Shown: positions 7,169-14,169 of the stretch, in pieces
Layout: each line of letters opens with the position of its first letter
Position numbering within the stretch: position 1 is the stretch's first letter
Source: Calothrix sp. HK-06
GTDB taxonomy: Bacteria > Cyanobacteriota > Cyanobacteriia > Cyanobacteriales > Nostocaceae
Reading direction: 5' to 3'
Assembly: GCA_001904745.1 (NCBI GenBank)
Contig: MRCD01000152.1
Location: 1-16,720, forward strand
DNA length: 16,720 nt
The notes under the pieces: model-generated
Databases searched by the model: none
What the model saw: the letters and a program-made list of their open reading frames with translations, nothing else
What the model was told of the DNA's origin: nothing
Translations under genes and position numbers: made by a program

Positions 7169-8047
7169 TTAAGCATAACAATTGAAAATATTTGTTTGAA
7201 TTGTCAATTCGTCGATATTTTGAGCATAGGCGATTGAAATTGCAGGGTCACGACTATTTTGATATTTACTACCCTTACTACCGCTAAGTTGACCACTTGC
7301 TGAGTCAGCACTGAATAGCAACCCAATAATTAAATTATCATCAAGCTGCCTTTTTGATAGTCCATAGCCATGTAGTTTTATATCGGGTCGCTGCATTTTT
7401 ATTGAAGTCAGTATCGAAAAGACTTCACTGTTTGGGCGCCGTTTTAACCCCCCAACCCCGACCCAGGCATTTTGCTGAATAGTATCACCGTATTGTGAAA
7501 GATGACAATTGTAGTCTGCTGCTGTTTTACCTTGTAGTATAGGTATTACATACGGGAGGTCACGTTCATCAAACTCCTCACAAACTTGGTCGTAGATATC
7601 CAGTAATTCATAATCACATTCCTCGTCAGCATACTCCATGAAACTCGCATGAAGCTCCACCATTGCTTCAAGATGAATATCTTTCAGGTGCTTTTTGATC
7701 TTATGGTATCGATGTATTGTTAAACGTTGATGTGCAGGGACATCGAGTTTTGTGAAATCAATTACCTCATCGAAGCATGGGTAGTCCTGGGTAGAGGCGC
7801 CGACGAGAGAACCACCCACTAACTTACTATTCAGGGCCCATTTATATATAGTACTTGCATATTTTTTTGTGGATGGGTAGGGTTTACCATTGAGTAGTCG
7901 CGTAAATCCGCAATCTAGCAACCAATCTTTGACGGGAAAGGTGGATTTACGATGTTCAATGCGATTGTAGGAAATGCATACTCTTAAAAAATCGCGTGTG
8001 CCCGATTTACCGCAGTTTGGCTGATTCCAGCCAGGAAAAAACAGCAT
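7169..8047 (-). CDS. DpdA-like TGT-fold protein (putative DNA-guanine / 7-deazaguanine transglycosylase)
   Basis: 292 aa. The ordered motifs match my memory of the DpdA / tRNA-guanine transglycosylase superfamily:
- MLFFPGWNQPN at the N-terminus;
- VCISYNRIEHRKSTF;
- WLLDCGFTRL, in place of the usual LDSGGF substrate-Asp motif;
- VIPILQGKTAADY, the (P)V(L/V)QG motif;
- VGVGGLKRRP;
- IKLHGYGLS, the LHGFG motif;
- FSADSAS, the SADS(M)AW motif.
ATG at 8045-8047. No HMM or structure search was possible. Confidence 0.6.
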   Translation of the reverse strand: MLFFPGWNQPNCGKSGTRDFLRVCISYNRIEHRKSTFPVKDWLLDCGFTRLLNGKPYPSTKKYASTIYKWALNSKLVGGSLVGASTQDYPCFDEVIDFTKLDVPAHQRLTIHRYHKIKKHLKDIHLEAMVELHASFMEYADEECDYELLDIYDQVCEEFDERDLPYVIPILQGKTAADYNCHLSQYGDTIQQNAWVGVGGLKRRPNSEVFSILTSIKMQRPDIKLHGYGLSKRQLDDNLIIGLLFSADSASGQLSGSKGSKYQNSRDPAISIAYAQNIDELTIQTNIFNCYA

Positions 8048-8741
8048 TATGTGTTTGGAGATAAGATTTAATGGCGTTTGCGATAAACTCTGCCAACTTC
8101 ACGGGTACGGCATTACCAATCATTTCTTCTAAATTAGTGTTTGTTTCATTACTGAAATCAAAGTTTGACGGGAATGTTTGAATCGCCGCACGTTCAAACG
8201 TAGTCAGTGGTCGTAGTTTTGAATTAATAGGCGCCGTATCACTTGGATGACCCTTATAACCCGGTGGTATCGGTCGATTCGTTCCCCGAATTGTGGGCGA
8301 TGGTTCCGAAATACTGAATACTGCTCGCCTTTTATAACTGCGTGCGTGTCTATAATAATGTTCGATGTTGAGACTATCGCCAAAATAATCACGCACCGTC
8401 ATTGGTTTGAATGACAATCCTGCGTTTAAATAGGGTAGTAACTCATGGTCGGCACCATTGAGTACACCCACACAGATGTAACGTTGCCTGTTTTGGGGTA
8501 CTCCACAATATGCGGCATTGAATACTTTTTCAGTTAATCCATATTTATTACGTTTTAATATTTCGATAACTTGTTTATATTTTTTGCTTTTTTGATAGCG
8601 TTCAACATTTTCCATTACGAATATTGATGGTTGAATGTATTCAATTAATTCAGCAAACCTGATACTCAAATCTCCGCGACCACTATCTTCATTACGGGAG
8701 CCAGCAGAGCTAAAATCTTGGCAAGGTGAATTATGTTTATT
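8007..8741 (-). pseudogene. 5'-truncated DNA (cytosine-5) methyltransferase remnant (motifs IV-X only)
   Basis: The frame is open from the stop at 8742-8744 and reads NKHNSPCQDFSSAGSRNEDSGRGDLSIRFAELIEYIQPSIFVMENV..GVPQNRQR..PSPTIRG..QTFP..GNAVPV. It is collinear with residues ~80-320 of the intact paralog at 9059-10045, roughly 60% identical by eye. Motifs I-III, including the FxGxG SAM-binding loop, are missing. Homology starts at the PCQ codons (~8721-8729). The start in the ORF track is only a TTG (an internal Leu of DLSIRF). Confidence 0.8.
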
Positions 8742-9058
8742 CTACAACGTAAAATCCGCCTCAAAAAGTAATTATAATTATACCTTCTACAAAGTAAGCC
8801 ATTGAAAAACCAATTTTATATTTTTTTAATTATTGAAGAAAATTCTAGGGAGGTCGGCGCCTGGAGCATTAGAGTTTTAGGCTTGACCTTCACTCTCAAT
8901 ACCATGCTTGTTCTTTAACGCACGGCTTGTTAAAGTTATTAGATTCAACAACCGCCTCGTATTTCTCATTAACAAGACTCCTTTTTTGTTAACTTTGCTT
9001 TCTGGGCATCGCAAGCTCCGTTCCTATATGGAACACAGTGAAAGACATTAACTTATTA

Positions 9059-10045
9059 CTAAATTTGTAAGCTAGGTACTAACTGTGTTGATTGCATTTG
9101 TTTAACATTCAACTCAATGTTATCTTTCATATATTGGAGCAAGCATCTTGCAAAAAACTCAGCTAACTTAACAGGTACAGCATTAGCAATCATTTGTTCT
9201 AAATCAGTTTTCGATTGGCTTTTTTCATCAAAATCAAAACTTTTGGGAAATGTTTGTATGTAGCTTCGCTCAATAGTAGTTAATGGACGTAAATCAGGAG
9301 TGAGAGGCGCCGCATCACCAGGATGTAATTTATAAGTTTTAGGAATTGGTCGGTTTACCCCTCTGATTGTAGGACTAGGTTCATCAATACTAAATATACC
9401 TCGTCTTTGATAAGTTCTAGGATGCCTGTAGTAATATTCAAGACCCAGCCTGTTTCCTAAATAATGCCTGATTGTAGTTGGTTCTTTGGATAAATTATAG
9501 TTTATGTATGGAATTAATGCGTTATCAATACCGTTTAATTCTCCTATACAAAAATATCTTTTTCTACTTTGAGGAACTCCGCAAAATGCTGCATTAATTA
9601 TTTTTTCTGTCAACCCATAACCACTATTTTTAAATATATTGATAACTTGGTTATATTTCTGGCTTTTTTGAAACCTATCTACATTTTCCATTACAAACCA
9701 TTTAGGTTTGACCGAAGCAATTATTTTAGCAAACGTGATACTCAAATCACCTCTTCCTAAATTCTCATTGCGCTTCCCGACACTTGAGAAGTCTTGACAA
9801 GGTGGACCAGAAATAATAATATCAGGTTTGAAACTGGTAAAATCATTATAATCGTTTAAATTGCCTAAGTCACAATTATAAATTTCATGCAAGAAGTTCT
9901 TTCTATAAATTTGTATTGCTGGCTCCCAGTTATCAAAAGCTGCTACTATTTTAAAACCTACATTTTGAAACCCTAGAGATAGTCCACCACAGCCAGCGAA
10001 TAAATCAATAGCTCTTAAACTTATCTCATGTGTTTTATTGCTCAT
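9059..10045 (-). CDS. DNA (cytosine-5) methyltransferase, intact
   Basis: 328 aa with the full set of C5-MTase motifs:
- I: IDLFAGCGGLSLGF
- IV: GPPCQDFS
- VI: ENV
- VIII: QSRKR
- TRD with PSPTIRG
- IX: QTFP
- X: ANAVPV. Confidence 0.9.
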   Translation of the reverse strand: MSNKTHEISLRAIDLFAGCGGLSLGFQNVGFKIVAAFDNWEPAIQIYRKNFLHEIYNCDLGNLNDYNDFTSFKPDIIISGPPCQDFSSVGKRNENLGRGDLSITFAKIIASVKPKWFVMENVDRFQKSQKYNQVINIFKNSGYGLTEKIINAAFCGVPQSRKRYFCIGELNGIDNALIPYINYNLSKEPTTIRHYLGNRLGLEYYYRHPRTYQRRGIFSIDEPSPTIRGVNRPIPKTYKLHPGDAAPLTPDLRPLTTIERSYIQTFPKSFDFDEKSQSKTDLEQMIANAVPVKLAEFFARCLLQYMKDNIELNVKQMQSTQLVPSLQI

Positions 10046-10165
10046 TTTAGTCTATAAACCTTAAAGATATTTTGTTGCCTAAATAATACCATAAAATGTT
10101 CGGATAAAACTGGGATTTTACAGAATAAAATTATCCGTATTAAATTTTAAATTTTGATGATTAAG

Positions 10166-11479
10166 CTAATCTTTGTAATTAGAAAATTTACCAATACTAG
10201 GGTCAAATACTACCTTACAAGTATCTGTTACGCCATTTCTGTTTTTAGCGACTATTATCTCCATAATTCTTTTATCACTAGTATTTGAGTTGTAATATTC
10301 ATCTCGATAAAGTAGTAGTCCTAAATCCATATCCTGTTCAATATCGCCAGAATCTTTAATATCAGCCATAGAAGGACGTTTATTACTTTGACCTTCTACA
10401 CCACGATTGATTTGAGCAAGAACTACAAATGGGACATTAAATATTTTAGCAATATCTTTACAAGCCCCACAATATTTACCAATGGCTTGCGCTCTATTTC
10501 CTGCTGCTCTATCCCCAAGCTTTTGAATATAGTCTAATACTACTAATCCTAATTCTCCTTTTTCAGATTCTACTCTACGAAGTGCAGAACGAATTTTAGT
10601 GGGGGTTAGCTCACCTGCTGGAGTATCATCAATTATAATCGGTAATTCAGATAGATTAGATAAACCTTTTACTAAAGAATCATATTCCTCCTCATAAATT
10701 AGATTGTGCATCAGCCTTTGGGAATCAATACCTGTGTGCATAGAGAGGAACCTTTTAGTTAGTTGTTCCTCAGACATTTCTGCACTAAAAAACAATACTG
10801 GCTTATGGATACTGCTTGCAATATAATTAGCCAGATAACAGCCAAACCAGCTTTTACCCATAGATGGTCTAGCAGCAACTACAATTAAGTCTTGTTTAAT
10901 TAAGCCACCAATTAGAGTATCTAAGCCTGTTAAACCTGTAGGGTAAGCAGGAGACGAACCCTGCTCTATCCTATTCAATAAATTAGCTAAACACTCATTA
11001 ATGGGTTTAGGTTGGAATTTAGTTTTATTGTTAGTTGTAATATTAAATAGTTTTTGTTCAGATTGCTCAAATATTTGTTCTAATTCCGTACTAGTATCGC
11101 ATCCTAAATCTACTATTGTATGTCCTACTGATACTAATTGACGGCGTTGGTATTTATCCAGTACTAGGGCAGCGTAATGGTCTATATTTACTGCTGATAC
11201 AGCCCGGTTAAGAAGTTGAGATAATTTAGTGTCACCTCCTACTTTTTCTAAAAGTTTATGGTCAGCCAGCCAAGTAGAAACAGTCATTAAATCTGTTTGT
11301 TTATTATTTTGATATAGCAGTAAAGCTGCTTTATAAATTTGTTGATGACCATGAGTACAAAAAGATTCTACAGGAAGTATGTCAGCAAGTATACCCATAG
11401 CATTGGGGTCAAGTAAAATACATCCCAATATGGCTTCTTCAGCTTCGATATTTCCTAAAAACTGATTACTCTTCGACAT
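10166..11479 (-). CDS. dnaB: replicative DNA helicase DnaB
   Basis: 437 aa. The DnaB N-terminal signature is NIEAEEAILGCILLDPNAM. Walker A is ARPSMGKSWF and Walker B is LVVLDYIQ. The RecA-like C-terminus has LAQINRGVEGQSNKRPSMADIKDSGDIEQDMDL. There is no intein. The start overlaps the upstream gene by 14 nt. Confidence 0.9.
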   Translation of the reverse strand: MSKSNQFLGNIEAEEAILGCILLDPNAMGILADILPVESFCTHGHQQIYKAALLLYQNNKQTDLMTVSTWLADHKLLEKVGGDTKLSQLLNRAVSAVNIDHYAALVLDKYQRRQLVSVGHTIVDLGCDTSTELEQIFEQSEQKLFNITTNNKTKFQPKPINECLANLLNRIEQGSSPAYPTGLTGLDTLIGGLIKQDLIVVAARPSMGKSWFGCYLANYIASSIHKPVLFFSAEMSEEQLTKRFLSMHTGIDSQRLMHNLIYEEEYDSLVKGLSNLSELPIIIDDTPAGELTPTKIRSALRRVESEKGELGLVVLDYIQKLGDRAAGNRAQAIGKYCGACKDIAKIFNVPFVVLAQINRGVEGQSNKRPSMADIKDSGDIEQDMDLGLLLYRDEYYNSNTSDKRIMEIIVAKNRNGVTDTCKVVFDPSIGKFSNYKD

Positions 11480-12350
11480 TTGTTTTGTTAAATAAGTTGC
11501 TAAGTTGTTTGAGTTTATCCTGTGAAATTAATTTCTTTTGGTTATCTTGTATAACCACTGAAGATTGATTTGATGTTAATGGTGTCGATTGTTCACGAAT
11601 GTTAGGCTGTGCTTCGTCACGTATCATTGATAGTAAACAAGCAGCAGGATTTTCTACATTAGTTTTACTACTATACTCTTGAAAAGCTTCAATTGATAAC
11701 TTAACTTTATGATATTCGCGGCTGACTATTTCCTGCTTTAGTTTTGAATTAATCTTAATTCCCATTTCGTTGATTAATTGAAATATATCTAAGTTTTCTG
11801 ATTGAACATTCTTCTCATGAATTTCTCTGGTTATATAAATATCAGTTGTAGAGGAACTTGTATTAGATTGATTTACTCTTATAGGGACTATTTTTTTATC
11901 AGAGTGAACAGGAACTACCTCTCGTAATTGTGAGCGTAAACGTTCGCACTCGTCTCTAAGTTCGTAAATTTCTGCTACATGACCTCTAAGTTTTTCATTT
12001 TGATGTTTAAGTTCCCTAACCTCTGTTTCTAGTTCTCTAATTCTTTGCTTGGCAACTTCATGTAAAGTTTTAAGGCTATGGGGTCTTGGGTCTTTTTGTT
12101 CTAACGTATTTAATGTAGACTCCTTTTCATGTTGAATTTCGTGTATATATACTTTAATTTCATCCCATTTATAGAGATAAGAAATAGAACATCCTGCAAC
12201 ATTAGCAATCGAAGCAAATGTCAATGGTTGTTTTTGAGCAAGTATTTCTTGAATTGCTTTTAATACTTGCTCTTTTTTTTGTTCCTTTTTTTGGGCTTGA
12301 GTGCGACGCAGAACTTCAGCTTGTTTATCGCGATTATGATTTTTAACCAT
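11466..12350 (-). CDS. HTH plus coiled-coil protein, TnpC/DUF6262-like accessory protein of Tn554-type recombinase modules
   Basis: 294 aa. The basic N-terminus is followed by a probable HTH (PLTFASIANVAGCSISYLYKW) and then a strong heptad coiled coil (IRELETEVRELKHQNEKLRGHVAEIYELRDECERLRSQL). It overlaps both neighbours (8 nt and 14 nt). The family assignment is from memory of proteins found next to paired Tn554-like integrases. Confidence 0.5.
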   Translation of the reverse strand: MVKNHNRDKQAEVLRRTQAQKKEQKKEQVLKAIQEILAQKQPLTFASIANVAGCSISYLYKWDEIKVYIHEIQHEKESTLNTLEQKDPRPHSLKTLHEVAKQRIRELETEVRELKHQNEKLRGHVAEIYELRDECERLRSQLREVVPVHSDKKIVPIRVNQSNTSSSTTDIYITREIHEKNVQSENLDIFQLINEMGIKINSKLKQEIVSREYHKVKLSIEAFQEYSSKTNVENPAACLLSMIRDEAQPNIREQSTPLTSNQSSVVIQDNQKKLISQDKLKQLSNLFNKTNVEE

Positions 12351-14169
12351 TTGTTAAATCTCTTAATTGTGGTAGCCATTTATCCATTGCCTCGATAGTG
12401 GCTCTGGCTTCTTCTTTCGCTAGTTCAGCACCTGCTTGTCCTGCTTCTTCTAGTCTTTGATGTTCTCCTTTATACTGGCGTTCGTAGAGAGGTAATTTAG
12501 CTGTGCTAGGACGAAAACTAGAACAGCCATAGCATTTAGGGTAAAGATTAATAGGACAGGGCGTTTTGGGTTCAAGAACACAGTGTCCATAAACTACTAA
12601 GCGTGGGGCTATTTCGAGGTCAAGTTCGTGTGCTTTAGAATTTTTAATTAGGCTTTCTGGTAAAGTTTGCCAAGGAAGGAACTTGTTATCAGGGTTCATT
12701 AACAGTTCCTGAAAAGGCAAGTCTACTGCTGCTACCTGCTCCCTAGTAGGGGGTGCATAGTTTTGAAAAGTAGTACTACTTATTGTATGGTCAGCATAAA
12801 GTTTAGCAGCTTCAATACCGTATTTTACACGTATTTCTTGCAATCTGTTGTGGCGAGTAATTTTACCTGTAAAATGAGGTCTTTGCCCGTTGGTATCACG
12901 GATGTTTTCTTTTTCTATAAGTAAACGAATAATGCATACCATTGTATTTTCCTTGACATTTACACGGGGTGGAATTGGTAAGGGTTTCATGTTAGTAAAG
13001 GCTGGGTAAGAATCATTTTTTACATTTATAAAATGACAAAACAGATATGGATACTCTAACTCCAATGTTTGTCTTATCCATTGCTGTTGTTCTTCAATTA
13101 TTTTTCTAATTTCACGAGTGGCAGGTATTTGATGCCATCGCTTAGTTTTATGTTGATAAAATTTAATATACCATTTTTGATTTTCTTCCACTAAGCAATC
13201 AAATAACAATTGGCAAATATCTCCTGGACGAGCAGCAGTATACTCCTGTATTAAGTAATGACAAGCAATAAATGCAGGAATTTTAGATAGATTATTTTGA
13301 ATGGATGTGCGCGTTACTTCATCCAACCAGTCTGGGTCATTTTTAATTTCTTTGAGGTAATCACGCCGACGAATTAAGTATGATGAATTAAGCCCTAACC
13401 ATTCAAAAAAACATTTTAGATAGCTTAGTTTGTGATTGATGGTTTTATTGTCGCAATCCTTATAGTTATCTAAAAAACTTAGCAAGGCTTCGCGGCTAAT
13501 ATCGGTAGCTTCTTTGATGTTGAAATTTTCTACAATTTGTCCAAACTGCTTTAAATTTGTTAGAGAGTGTCTAATTCCTGACGGAGCAGAATAAGCTCTC
13601 GATTTGAGTAAGTATTGTATATAGTTTTTAACCTCTAATTTATACCATTGTGGTAAAACTTTTTGAAAATTAATTGATTGTGGATAAGGATTATCGTAGA
13701 AATGTCTTAAATCCCAAATATCATCATCTAAATAGAAAGGCGGCAATTTATTTTTTGTTTTGCCATCTATCCAACTTCGACAAAACGTTGAATTAAGTTC
13801 AAAGCTAGTACCGCAAAAGTGACAATGACACTTTTCTCGTGTATGTTTTGTTGTATAAATCCACCCTTTTTGTCCATTATATCCTACTTCATTACAAACA
13901 GGATTAGGACATTCTATATCAGGACGATAGTTGCAAGTATAGGTAGGAACTGAAGAAGTTAGAGATACCCACTTTTCACAATTACTACACATAAATCTAA
14001 TCTTACATTTTGAAGTGTCTTTAAAATAAGTTTTCTTAAGATTACTTTTCTGACAGTTTGGGCAAATAAATTCGCCTTTATAATCCTTCTCCCAATCCAC
14101 CTTTAATTGTCCGTGTAAAGTAGGATGAATAGAGATAGTAGAAGATTGTTGTTTAGTCATTAAATTCAC
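12343..14169 (-). CDS. tyrosine recombinase-like protein 3, with N-terminal zinc ribbons and a C-terminal Cys cluster
   Basis: 608 aa. The GTG start at 14167-14169 overlaps the upstream TGA (GTGA); an alternative ATG is at 14160. The N-terminus has CPNCQ..CSNCEKW and CPNPVC..CHCHFCG. The recombinase-like core has AARPGDICQL (Arg), TRHNRLQ (a degenerate HxxR box) and ADHTISSTTFQNY (His..Tyr). The C-terminus has CVLEPKTPCPINLYPKCYGC. Confidence 0.65.
   Translation of the reverse strand: MNLMTKQQSSTISIHPTLHGQLKVDWEKDYKGEFICPNCQKSNLKKTYFKDTSKCKIRFMCSNCEKWVSLTSSVPTYTCNYRPDIECPNPVCNEVGYNGQKGWIYTTKHTREKCHCHFCGTSFELNSTFCRSWIDGKTKNKLPPFYLDDDIWDLRHFYDNPYPQSINFQKVLPQWYKLEVKNYIQYLLKSRAYSAPSGIRHSLTNLKQFGQIVENFNIKEATDISREALLSFLDNYKDCDNKTINHKLSYLKCFFEWLGLNSSYLIRRRDYLKEIKNDPDWLDEVTRTSIQNNLSKIPAFIACHYLIQEYTAARPGDICQLLFDCLVEENQKWYIKFYQHKTKRWHQIPATREIRKIIEEQQQWIRQTLELEYPYLFCHFINVKNDSYPAFTNMKPLPIPPRVNVKENTMVCIIRLLIEKENIRDTNGQRPHFTGKITRHNRLQEIRVKYGIEAAKLYADHTISSTTFQNYAPPTREQVAAVDLPFQELLMNPDNKFLPWQTLPESLIKNSKAHELDLEIAPRLVVYGHCVLEPKTPCPINLYPKCYGCSSFRPSTAKLPLYERQYKGEHQRLEEAGQAGAELAKEEARATIEAMDKWLPQLRDLTNG

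Larger units (their letters stand above)
234..9312. repeat. dispersed GGCGCC palindromes, 16 copies (HIP-like iterated hexamer)
   Basis: Exact GGCGCC starts at 234, 559, 1056, 1265, 1434, 1740, 3844, 4072, 5145, 6460, 6903, 7435, 7796, 8230, 8856 and 9307. None occurs in 9313-16720. There is no conserved flanking sequence. The sites lie in coding DNA in all three phases and in intergenic DNA. Confidence 0.9.

Noticed and set aside
7169-8047. An alternative reading of the 292-aa ORF as a conventional type II restriction endonuclease partnered with the adjacent MTase.
   Set aside because: This is not fully excluded. However, the ordered DpdA/TGT-like motifs (LDCGF, PILQG, GVGGLKRRP, LHGYG, SADSAS) fit better than any PD-(D/E)xK or HNH pattern I could find. 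It is kept as the refutation case for the DpdA-like call.
10102-10138. Inverted repeat cggataa..(23 nt)..ttatccg between dnaB and the intact MTase gene, considered as a terminator or operator.
   Set aside because: The stem is 7 bp with a very large loop and no U-tract. This is within what chance gives in AT-rich DNA.
10166-11479. Considered whether the DnaB gene carries an intein, which is common in cyanobacterial dnaB.
   Set aside because: The 437-aa length and the contiguous Walker A/B and C-terminal motifs leave no room for an intein insertion.
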